A model generated the notes under the pieces. The model was given only the letters and a program-made list of their open reading frames with translations, was not told where the DNA came from and did no database searches. The position numbers were made by a program, and so were the translations under genes. A DNA stretch of 64,000 bases from Desulfobulbaceae bacterium (GTDB lineage: Bacteria > Bacteroidota > Ignavibacteria > Kapaibacteriales > UBA2268). The stretch covers positions 94,317-158,316 of the forward strand of contig JAGXRP010000066.1 in the NCBI GenBank assembly GCA_018335795.1. The letters run 5' to 3'. Positions 20,801 through 29,593 of the stretch are shown piece after piece; the stretch's first letter is position 1, and each line of letters starts with the position of its first letter.

Positions 20801-23800
20801 CAAATGTTTCCGGTTTAGATTACGGTATTTTTATCGAATCACCTATTGGCGGTGGCGATGTAGCTGCTACCGATTTCAGAATTGTACAAAATTCATTTCA
20901 AGATATTACTGAAGCTATCTACTTTGATGTAGAGCCTACTGAAATTACTTTAGCTAATATCTTTATCAACGAAAACGACTTTGAAAATATTGGTGCCTCA
21001 TCAATCGTTCTTGATGGTATTCCACCTTATGCAGGACAAATTGATGCAAGATTCAACTTCTGGGGTACAGATGATGGTCCAATAGCTTTAATGACAGCTC
21101 CGACTTGGCATGACAATTCGGTTCCTCCTATCCAAATAATTGCTAACTCATACAACTATGATGTGAATAATGCTGCATCTCCGAGTGGTGTACTTTACGA
21201 AGCTGATTATATCAACTTTGTTTATTGGTGGCAAAACTTCAATGCAAACATGGGACCCGGTTCACATACAGGTGACCAATTTGCTCCATTTGTAAATTCA
21301 AACGGTGATGTATTTGCTTCTTTGATTGTTGCTCTTGATAATACAACAACCGGTAACGATATCTTTATCACTCCCGGTGAATTCGTAGAATCAAACACAA
21401 TTCAACAACCAGCGAATCCTTATACAGTAAGCATTTATGGTGATGTTAATGGTGGAACTTATTTCAGACCTGATGGTTTGAATGCAAACGGCACTTATGC
21501 TGCTGAATATATGTTCTACTTTAGCGGTGATGTTACTATTTCATTATATCACTTACATTTAGAAGATTATCGTCCAAGTCCTACTAATCAAGATGAAGAT
21601 GTCTTTGCAGGTGTTTTCGTCAATGGTGATGACCTTGTAAATCCGTCAATCGTTAGATTCTATAACGGTTCAATAAGCGGTATAAACTTCCTTACAAACG
21701 GTGTTGGTTTCTTTGCAGAAGGCAATGCAAATGTAAGAGTTGAAAATAGTGATTTGACTGAAAATGAATTTGCAGGTATCTGGATAGAAGAAGATGCTTT
21801 AAACGGACCTCCAACCGGTTCATTTATCAACAACATGATTGATGGCGATGGTGTTTCTAATTATGGTATTGGTTCAGCTGGCGAAACTTATGTAACTATC
21901 CAATACAATACTATTTTTGATAATACAGGCGCAAGTGCAGGTATTTTCTCTTCAGGTATTGGTGCAGGAAGCTTAACAATCGAATATAACCAAATCTTTG
22001 ATAACACTTACGGTATCGAACTTGGTGTCACTGGTGCAGGCGATAATTATTCAGCTGCTATTATCCGCAACAACGCTATCTATGATAACGTCACTGCTGG
22101 TTTGATTTACTTCCCGGACGTTTCTTCTGTTGTAACAGCAGAAAATAACTTCTGGGGTAATGACGCAGGTCCTGCTTCTTTAGGAGATTTGGGTCTTGGC
22201 GATTCACAACGTAACGGTTTCTTTGATTTAGGTATTACTCAAGGCAACGCAGTTGTTGATGGTAATCTTGATTCAGAAATTGATTACTTACCTTACAGAT
22301 TAACTTCAGGCTTTACACCTAACATTTCGATGATTGCAGGTGCAAGATTTGCTCCAATCGTAAGAACAAATTCTGCAAACATTCCATTAGGATTCTATGC
22401 TAACATTATGTCAGCTGATGCTGATGTAACGTCAGGTTCAGATGAAGGCATTTATGTATATGGTGGTAATTATGCAGACTTGTTCTATGCTTCAAAGGAT
22501 GAAGTAAGATTTATTGGTAAAAATAGAATGGCTCCTTATGCAGCATCGTGGTTGATTAACCCACAAGGTTCAGCTACTAATGCATGGGGTTCAGCAAAAG
22601 GTGCTGATGTAAACGGACCATTATTTATCACACATAATGTACCGGGCTCACCTTACAATGCTGAGATAGACGCACTTACAGAAATTTCAATTCAAGGTTT
22701 CACTTTTGACGCTACAGATAAAACTGCTACAGTTGATGGTCCTTATACCGGTAATTACAATGACGGTATGTACTTATCAGGTGCAGCTGACGAAGTTACT
22801 GTAAATCAAAATACATTCCTTGCAGATGATGATGACAATTCAATTAATTTCGTTGTCGGTACAGCTACAAACTGGACTATTACTAATAACTTGTTTGATG
22901 CAAGTGCTTCAACTCCGGCTAACGACCCGATTGCTGTTAATGTAACAAATGGTCTATTTGGTGGTGCTCATTCAGACATATTGATTGATAATAACGATAT
23001 AATCGAGGGCGCAGTAAATATTTACGCAGGCAACAATGATGTTTCAGGCATTATGGTAAGTTTCAATGAATTTACTGATTCCAAAGCCGGTGTTATTGCT
23101 TCTGCTGTCGGTGGATTTGGTTCACAATTATCAAATATCTACATTTCCAATAACGTATTCTACGACTATCCAACTATTGACCAATTTGCTTTCGGTATTC
23201 TTGCCGGAACTCCGGACAATGCAGTTGCAACTGATTGGACAACAGACATCATGTTTACTGAAAACTTTGTCGGCGTTGACCCACTTGATGTCGCTAATAC
23301 AATGCCTGCAGTTGGTTTCCAAAACGCTACTCCACTTCTTACTTACACTTCAGCTATTACAGCTACTTGTAACTGGTGGGGTTCAGTAAATGGACCAACA
23401 TTTGCTCTAAACCCGGGTGGCGATGGCGCTACTGTAAGTGAAAGAGCTTATATGGCTCCTTGGTTATCAGGTTCTGCTAACAATGCAACATTTGGATTCG
23501 ATCCAATGGATGCTTGCGATGCCGGTATCAGAGTTTGGGTTAACAATACAGGTGACCCATTAGACCAATTCATAATCTTCCCGGGCTTACAAATGGCTGT
23601 GGATGACCCGAACGTAGTAAATCAAACATATGAATTTATTTTTGTTCATGACGATTATACAACAGGTGGAACTCCCGGCTTCTTAAACGAATCAACTACA
23701 ATTGCTAACTGGAATATTAATGCAACTTGGTTCTTATCAGCTGAAACAGCTGCTAATGAAATCGGTTTGGCAGGTAATTTAGAATTTGCCGGAACAGGTT

Positions 23801-26800
23801 TTGCTTATAACTTATTGATGCTTTCTCCAATGAGAGTCCAAGGTGACTTGATACTTGATAATATTGGTTGCCAAGGTTGGTTACAACTGTTAAATAGTGA
23901 CTTTACAGTTGAAGGTCACATAACAGAAGGTTACTTCCTTACCGTAGCAGTTAGTTGCCAAGTAAATACAACAGGAATGGGTTATTTAGTTAAAGAAAAT
24001 GTCGTAACAGGCGGTATTAATAACTTCCCGATAATTGGTCCAGGCGCAACAACAGGCACACCAGCCGAATTCGTTGTTAACAGCGGTGGCTTTACTTTAG
24101 CTCAAAACAATATCTTAAAAGTAAGAGCTAACGCAATCGACCCTGTAACTGCAAAAGGTATGGGACAAAACGGATTTGACATCAACAACTTATGGTCAGT
24201 TGACTTTACAAACAATGCTGCAATGAATCCTAACTTCGCAATGCAATTACGTAATTATGATAATTCGATGTATGATGTAAATTTTGATAATGTAACTTCA
24301 TATGGTGCATTCTGGGATATGGCTCCTGGAGCAACTCAATGGGCTACTAAGAAATCAAATTCCTCATGGAATGGTTCAGACGGTATTCAAGTAACAAATC
24401 TTAACCTTGAATCCGGATTAACTGATTGGGCTATTTTCTCAGGTCCTACTTCATTTGCATTGTCGAATGAACCAAACCAAGCTCGTAACATCATGTGGTA
24501 CAGTACTACTGACAGAAAGATTGACTTCAAATGGACTAGAAATGACGCAAACGCGCAATACTACGCAATTCTTGCTCGCGAAGGTTCAATGATTGCTGCT
24601 CCTTCTACATTTACTCCAACTCCGATTTCAGTTTATGTACCTTATACTTGTCCAGTATTGCCAAATGGTCCTTGGACTTGTAGCCCGGGTCACTTGAACT
24701 TCGCTGACGGTAATGTAAATAGCGTTGACCCGAATTTTAATTGGGCTAATTCATTATTCCATGGCGACCAAGCTCCTACCGATGTAAGAGTTGTTAAGAT
24801 TGGAAAATACGGTCCGGGTGCTATATTTGATGCAAGTGTTGATAACTTAGCACAAGGTACATTCTACGAATTCTTCGTTGCTAACTTTAACTATGGTGAT
24901 GGTTCAACAGCTGTTGCTGATATGGAATCAGGAGCTGATGGTATGGCTAATTACAACCTTAATCCAAATACTTTGAATCCAAGAACTCGTAAAACTATGC
25001 CAGCTGTTTATATGACTATAGACTTTAATGGCGGATTCGCAACTAACGTTGCAAACCAACCAAATAGAGTTTGGGCTTACTCAGTTATCGGTTCTTACAA
25101 TCCTATGGACATTTACAACAATATCGTAAAAAATAATGGTGTACTTGGTTCATATGTAGTTGAAAACCAATATAATGGTGATGATTTGTTAGGCGGTCAT
25201 GTTGCTGAAGTTTGTGATGATGGTTCTATGAGTTGGACAGCCAACAACATCAGATTGCACTTCAAGAACTATGGTCGTTATACAGGTTCCGGTTGGATTA
25301 TCAAATATTCAGAAAACAATGACACTAAAACATTTACTACTCCTTCAATTGCTGCATTTACTGATAGAACAAGAACTGCTAACACAGACTACTATTTAGT
25401 ATCAGCTTATGATGGTGACGGTAAAGTTGCTTACAAATATGACAATATGCAAAAAATCAGATTCCAAGTTGACGAACCAACAGATGTAACTTTGACAGAA
25501 ACACCTGTTGTAATGCCGACTTGCGAAGGTAACAATGTAACTTTAGTTTCTGCTCCAAATAGCTATCCAAATGCTACTTTTGACAGATGGGAATTTGATA
25601 ATGGTGGTGGTTGGACAACTTTCACTACATCATTACCGGGTGGCTCAACTGTTACAGGTGGTAGTACAATTACTATTACATTGGATTATGGCGATAACGG
25701 AACTGACATTCGCGCGGTTTACATTAGTAATTCAATTTGCGACTTAGGTCTCGAATTTAATTCTAATGCAATCGAACTTGAAATTTACGACGCTACTTTG
25801 ACCGGTTTGCAACCTTACACAACTGCTCCTGCTGTTGTTGATAATGAAGCTCCCGGTGTATGCGAAGGCGCTAACGTAACATTCCAAGCTGATGCTGGCG
25901 GTCCCTTCACATCACCAAACAGCTTAACCTTTATTGGTTGGGAATATTTTGATGGTGTATGGAATCCATTAGCAGACGGTGCTTTAGTCGGTGCTACTAT
26001 TTCCGGTTCAGCTACTCAAACAATGACAATTACCGGCGCTACTTTGGCTATGAACGGATATGATTTCCGCGCTGTATGGCAAAATGGTGACTGTAACGTT
26101 CTTGAAACTATTGAAACTAACCTTGAAGTAATCGAACAACCTGTTATATCACAACAACCTGTTGTTACTCCTGTTACAGTATGTGCAGGAACTCCAATAG
26201 ACGTTGATGCGATTGCTACTCCTTTCACAAGTGTACAATGGCAAATTAGCAACGACAACTCAACTTGGGTCGACCTTGTTGACGGTTTGGCATTTGCTTA
26301 CATGGGTGGAAATGCTGTAATTGCAGGTGCAACTACACAAAACCTCACAATTACTCCGGCTGATAATACATGGGATGCATTCTACGTTCAAGTCGTTTAT
26401 ACAAACGAAGGCGCAGAAGGCGACGAATGTATTACAACTTCAAGCTCAGTACAACTTGACATCTTGTTGGCTCCAATCGTAACTCCATTTACTTCTCCTG
26501 TAACAGTTTGCGAAGGTTCAAATAATAGCTACACAGCTGTTGTTACTAATCCTTACAATACTCCTGTAACTTGGGAATACTTTGATGGTACTTGGAATTC
26601 ACTCGGTGCAGGTGTTGTTGATGGTACAACTGTATCATTCACAGGTGCAGGAAACGAAACACTTAATTTGAATAACATTGACTTAATGTGGGATGGCTAT
26701 CAAGTTAGAGTAACAGCTACTAATGGCACTTGCTCAGATACTGAAGGCTTCACAATTAATGTTGATGAATTACCTGTTGTAGTAACTAATCCGATCGATG

Positions 26801-29490
26801 ACGATGTTTGTCAATTCGGTGATTTACAATATGTTGTAGATTTTACTCCTGTAGCTACTACTGTTACTTGGCAATTCTGGAATGGTGTTGTATGGGCAAA
26901 TGTTGTTAGTGGCACTTCATTAACAGCTAACACATTCAACGTTCCTACTATCACAACAATAGGTGGAACAACTACTTTAGATTTAACGAATGTATCTATT
27001 GCTATCAATGGATGGGATGTAAGAGTTGCTCTTGATAACGGTGTATGCGGAACAGTTAATTCAACTTCTGCTAACATGGGAATCTTTACAGTTCCTTCTG
27101 TTCCTAATCCAATTGGTGCACAGAACATCTTGTCGCATAAATTCGATGTTACTTATCCTGCAGACCCGAATGCACTTACTTGGGATATCCAAGTTGCTGA
27201 TGATGCCGGATTTAGTAATATTGTTTTCTCGACTACAGGTGCCGGTGCTTCACCATTTACAGGTATGACTGATTGTATTCTTGACCCTGCGTCAACTTAC
27301 TACTTCAGAGTACGTGCTGTTAATGCTTGCGGTTCATCTGCATGGAGTACTCCTTCAAACATCGTTACTTTAGACCCAACTGTTACAAATATGGCATGGT
27401 TAGGTGGATTTGACGGTGACTTCGGTACTGGTGACCTTGGAACTCCAACTGCATCACAAACATTGAGAATAACTTACTATCAATTAGACGCTGACATTGC
27501 AATGACAATTCCTGCCGACTTCGAAGCATTTATCGGTGGAAATTGGGTTAATGGTGTTCAGAACTTAGGTTTGACGCTTTATCTTGGCACTTCAGGTACT
27601 CCTTTGACAAGAGATATCTTAGTTCGTTTCAACGCTACAGTTTGTGGTGTTATTGATGAAGATATTACAATTGCTTCTAACGAATTATGTGTTGGTAATA
27701 CCGGCATTACAGTTCCTTCTATAGCAGTTGAAGGATTCGGTAAAGTTCCACAACCTACTGTTCAAGCAAGCGCTGTGTACTTTACAGCTAACGATGACAC
27801 TGAATTTGACTTTACTTGGACTAATGGTAATGGTAATGGTAGATTAGTAACAATCGTCGAAGATGGCGCAACTCCTTGGTCACCAATAGACTTTACTGAC
27901 TATAGCAGTATTGCAAGCACTACATTATCTGGTAGTAATGAAATTACAACCGGTAACTGGATTGTTGCTGCAGGTAGCGGTTCAGGTCCATTGACTGTTG
28001 ATGGTTTGACTGCCGGCGTAGTTTACTATGCTTATGTATTCGAATTCAACGAATGTGCTTCTGGTACTGAAGATTACTTATTACCTGGTGCAGTTGGTCA
28101 AGTTTACCAATTGTCATTCTTGACAGACGAACCTTCTACTCCAATGAATGGTATTCCTAATCAAACTTCAGGAGTAGCATTTAAACAATCAAATAATACA
28201 ACTGGACTTGCAATCGAAGTATTGTTGCTCGACCGTGCAGGTGACCCGATTGCTAATCCTTTCGCAGGATTTAGCGTATCTATCGCCGGTGACCCAGCTC
28301 TTGGTACTGTTACAGTAAACTCCGGTTCAACAACTATGGCTAATGGTGCTGCAAGTACAGCTGGCACTCCAATGACAATCACTTGGACTTATGCTAGCGG
28401 TATTTTGAATGCAAACTTAGAAGCTTCAACTGCTCAACTTGGTGTTCTGCCTGGCGTATCGAATGACTTCGTTCTTAACGTTGCTCCTCCGACTACACAA
28501 GCTAAGATCATCCTTTGGGTTGGCGTACCTTGTATAAACAATACTGAATTCAAATGGACTAACGGTGACGGTGCTTCAAGACTTGTTGTAGGACGTGATG
28601 GTTCTTTACCTGAACTTCCAACTGACTTGACTGATTACTCAGCACTTGCTAATACTAATTTCTCATTAGCTGGTACTTTGGGAACTTCTACAAAAGTTCT
28701 TGCTGTTATCAATGGTAGTGGAAACAGTATTACAGTTACTGGATTAACTCTTAACCAAACATACTACTTCCGCGTTTACGAATTTAACGGTACTGGCGGA
28801 TTAGAAAGATACTTAACTGACAACGCATCATTCAACCCGCGTTCACGTAAGATTACTTGCTCAGATGGAAACAACTTGTTTGACCTCATCGTTGAAAACT
28901 TCAACGTTGTATCTGGCAAAGGTAAAGGAATCGTTTCTTGGAATACTGAATATGAACAAAATATCTCAGGTTTCGAAGTTTCGAGAATTGACCTTACTGA
29001 AGGTTCAAGCATGAATCCAATGCTCGTAGGTACTTATATGAATGCGCAAGAACTCGTTGCTGCCGGTAACACTACTACAGGTCAAACTTACAAATATACT
29101 GACAACACAGTGACTCTCGAAGTTGGCAGAACATACTTGTATCAATTGACTGCAGTTGCTTATGACGGCACACGCATCGATGTTGCTGAATCAGAAATTA
29201 CAATTACTGACGATATCATTGCAGGTCCGGCTGAATTCAGCGTAACTCCTGTTCAAGTTATCAACAATGAAGCTGCTTTCAAAGTTATCACTAACACTAC
29301 TCAAGATGCTACTATCGAACTCTTCGATGTAATCGGTAACAGAGTTGCTGTAATAGCAAACGGTATCATGTTAGGCGTTGGCTCGAACGAATTTAGCTGC
29401 CCGGTTGACAAACTTGTTAACGGTACATACATCATCTCCGTAAACGGTAAAGATGTATCAGCTATTCAGAAGTTCCAAATCGCAAGATAA
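17881..29490 (+). CDS. 3869-aa secreted multidomain protein: right-handed beta-helix (pectate-lyase/NosD-like) repeats, Cys-containing Ig-like repeats, Fn3 domain, T9SS C-terminal sorting domain
   Basis: Signal peptide (MKKLSTLLTLLVCFILFSTSAWSA). Many 'NNT(I/F)xN' and 'IxxNxI' beta-helix rungs (for example NNTINNTVATAHG, IISNNTISNAG, IRNNAIYDN) and repeated 'NFWG(T/N)DxGP' motifs. The region around aa 2700-3050 has ~95-aa repeats, each with paired Cys (VCAGT...C, VCEGS...C). An Fn3-like segment follows (YYFRVRAVNACGSSAWS). The C-terminus (TIELFDVIGNRVAVIANG...NGTYIISVNGKD...KFQIAR) fits the T9SS type-A CTD pattern. Confidence 0.75.
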   Translation: MKKLSTLLTLLVCFILFSTSAWSATWIVDNAGGGDFTTIQAAVNAASGNDIIYVNGSGTNYTENVNIPGGKNQLSIIGVNDGSGFPVLDGSGVTNPKVAFRVSSDNVTIQNMVIQNYNYGGATNVDFGSAQRGVGIESLIASSGHNFSDNTITNCNWGIYVREGNSISVKNNTINNTVATAHGSGYPNTGGTGIAFVSAGVSLDENEIQNNSVSTSAFYGVFFGRRLDGGTPVNGDNVIISNNTISNAGIGNNGFAIYLNNIKPDDALRIEDNTLNNNNAGLRLAQNTTANTDINVFNNEFNNTVSSIEVQTAALFSGGTLYDIMFNNGNIFDEGTPASTPGAVAALDVLDTEVVSNGTNRFIRNRFANAIVDGEGYLSAAAASTNVKVYAMAGFYPSEVALVSSNPANGQNMLITGEVDGSGNNLAKAQGDAIGSTIFTINPLSNLTVTFENIDVELNLNVTQYGIYTGSSNTTVNLCNFTTANVISATGIAAIATGTATSNFSFDQNTVNGFFATGLIIDQNNVTISCNDFNFVTTTNVIIDVTDWNADVANITGGEIINNTFTSVFGSTATNIRVIYPTVGSGGLEIGTNGNGNFFMNGDFAIDLTLMANGQVTIGYNNFQEADYTDWIDNSAAFDVNAGWNYWEILGINPNAEISAMITGAGAANVFFLPIYSSGVDTDLAGCGFQADLTSIWTPVYTAVNVGDPLTDPDALFFWTIEDALADPNTGIGSGGAPERYAVYLYNNGTLTENNPLSVAYPMWIGGAPAQASNLNVDPLPGFWTVETANDMAPLFSVIEPGTALNPVAFDSFTLFPSDVTLNSANNAILVDIVGAPNIMSYLNVTNCIFDVADANQSNAIFVDNTNTVSIDNFFIYNNTFMKNDAGYALRVETPITSTDVQFLNNNILWNIAGVTPGFSIYFEDGVDGLTVLGNNFEAGILLESVLNDIDNVEIGSTGTHLLGFLQGNTFFNPNVSGLDYGIFIESPIGGGDVAATDFRIVQNSFQDITEAIYFDVEPTEITLANIFINENDFENIGASSIVLDGIPPYAGQIDARFNFWGTDDGPIALMTAPTWHDNSVPPIQIIANSYNYDVNNAASPSGVLYEADYINFVYWWQNFNANMGPGSHTGDQFAPFVNSNGDVFASLIVALDNTTTGNDIFITPGEFVESNTIQQPANPYTVSIYGDVNGGTYFRPDGLNANGTYAAEYMFYFSGDVTISLYHLHLEDYRPSPTNQDEDVFAGVFVNGDDLVNPSIVRFYNGSISGINFLTNGVGFFAEGNANVRVENSDLTENEFAGIWIEEDALNGPPTGSFINNMIDGDGVSNYGIGSAGETYVTIQYNTIFDNTGASAGIFSSGIGAGSLTIEYNQIFDNTYGIELGVTGAGDNYSAAIIRNNAIYDNVTAGLIYFPDVSSVVTAENNFWGNDAGPASLGDLGLGDSQRNGFFDLGITQGNAVVDGNLDSEIDYLPYRLTSGFTPNISMIAGARFAPIVRTNSANIPLGFYANIMSADADVTSGSDEGIYVYGGNYADLFYASKDEVRFIGKNRMAPYAASWLINPQGSATNAWGSAKGADVNGPLFITHNVPGSPYNAEIDALTEISIQGFTFDATDKTATVDGPYTGNYNDGMYLSGAADEVTVNQNTFLADDDDNSINFVVGTATNWTITNNLFDASASTPANDPIAVNVTNGLFGGAHSDILIDNNDIIEGAVNIYAGNNDVSGIMVSFNEFTDSKAGVIASAVGGFGSQLSNIYISNNVFYDYPTIDQFAFGILAGTPDNAVATDWTTDIMFTENFVGVDPLDVANTMPAVGFQNATPLLTYTSAITATCNWWGSVNGPTFALNPGGDGATVSERAYMAPWLSGSANNATFGFDPMDACDAGIRVWVNNTGDPLDQFIIFPGLQMAVDDPNVVNQTYEFIFVHDDYTTGGTPGFLNESTTIANWNINATWFLSAETAANEIGLAGNLEFAGTGFAYNLLMLSPMRVQGDLILDNIGCQGWLQLLNSDFTVEGHITEGYFLTVAVSCQVNTTGMGYLVKENVVTGGINNFPIIGPGATTGTPAEFVVNSGGFTLAQNNILKVRANAIDPVTAKGMGQNGFDINNLWSVDFTNNAAMNPNFAMQLRNYDNSMYDVNFDNVTSYGAFWDMAPGATQWATKKSNSSWNGSDGIQVTNLNLESGLTDWAIFSGPTSFALSNEPNQARNIMWYSTTDRKIDFKWTRNDANAQYYAILAREGSMIAAPSTFTPTPISVYVPYTCPVLPNGPWTCSPGHLNFADGNVNSVDPNFNWANSLFHGDQAPTDVRVVKIGKYGPGAIFDASVDNLAQGTFYEFFVANFNYGDGSTAVADMESGADGMANYNLNPNTLNPRTRKTMPAVYMTIDFNGGFATNVANQPNRVWAYSVIGSYNPMDIYNNIVKNNGVLGSYVVENQYNGDDLLGGHVAEVCDDGSMSWTANNIRLHFKNYGRYTGSGWIIKYSENNDTKTFTTPSIAAFTDRTRTANTDYYLVSAYDGDGKVAYKYDNMQKIRFQVDEPTDVTLTETPVVMPTCEGNNVTLVSAPNSYPNATFDRWEFDNGGGWTTFTTSLPGGSTVTGGSTITITLDYGDNGTDIRAVYISNSICDLGLEFNSNAIELEIYDATLTGLQPYTTAPAVVDNEAPGVCEGANVTFQADAGGPFTSPNSLTFIGWEYFDGVWNPLADGALVGATISGSATQTMTITGATLAMNGYDFRAVWQNGDCNVLETIETNLEVIEQPVISQQPVVTPVTVCAGTPIDVDAIATPFTSVQWQISNDNSTWVDLVDGLAFAYMGGNAVIAGATTQNLTITPADNTWDAFYVQVVYTNEGAEGDECITTSSSVQLDILLAPIVTPFTSPVTVCEGSNNSYTAVVTNPYNTPVTWEYFDGTWNSLGAGVVDGTTVSFTGAGNETLNLNNIDLMWDGYQVRVTATNGTCSDTEGFTINVDELPVVVTNPIDDDVCQFGDLQYVVDFTPVATTVTWQFWNGVVWANVVSGTSLTANTFNVPTITTIGGTTTLDLTNVSIAINGWDVRVALDNGVCGTVNSTSANMGIFTVPSVPNPIGAQNILSHKFDVTYPADPNALTWDIQVADDAGFSNIVFSTTGAGASPFTGMTDCILDPASTYYFRVRAVNACGSSAWSTPSNIVTLDPTVTNMAWLGGFDGDFGTGDLGTPTASQTLRITYYQLDADIAMTIPADFEAFIGGNWVNGVQNLGLTLYLGTSGTPLTRDILVRFNATVCGVIDEDITIASNELCVGNTGITVPSIAVEGFGKVPQPTVQASAVYFTANDDTEFDFTWTNGNGNGRLVTIVEDGATPWSPIDFTDYSSIASTTLSGSNEITTGNWIVAAGSGSGPLTVDGLTAGVVYYAYVFEFNECASGTEDYLLPGAVGQVYQLSFLTDEPSTPMNGIPNQTSGVAFKQSNNTTGLAIEVLLLDRAGDPIANPFAGFSVSIAGDPALGTVTVNSGSTTMANGAASTAGTPMTITWTYASGILNANLEASTAQLGVLPGVSNDFVLNVAPPTTQAKIILWVGVPCINNTEFKWTNGDGASRLVVGRDGSLPELPTDLTDYSALANTNFSLAGTLGTSTKVLAVINGSGNSITVTGLTLNQTYYFRVYEFNGTGGLERYLTDNASFNPRSRKITCSDGNNLFDLIVENFNVVSGKGKGIVSWNTEYEQNISGFEVSRIDLTEGSSMNPMLVGTYMNAQELVAAGNTTTGQTYKYTDNTVTLEVGRTYLYQLTAVAYDGTRIDVAESEITITDDIIAGPAEFSVTPVQVINNEAAFKVITNTTQDATIELFDVIGNRVAVIANGIMLGVGSNEFSCPVDKLVNGTYIISVNGKDVSAIQKFQIAR

Positions 29491-29510
29491 TCACGAACTA
29501 AAGCATTTTA

Positions 29511-29540
29511 AAGCCCGCTCATTTGAGCGGGTTTTTTTTT
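29511..29540 (+). terminator. Rho-independent terminator after the 3869-aa gene
   Basis: aagcccgctcatttgagcggg followed by T9 (gggttttttttt), 20 nt after the stop. Confidence 0.8.
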
Positions 29541-29593
29541 GCTTTATTTTTATTTTTGCATTGTATTATTAATAAATATATTATATTGAAGTC

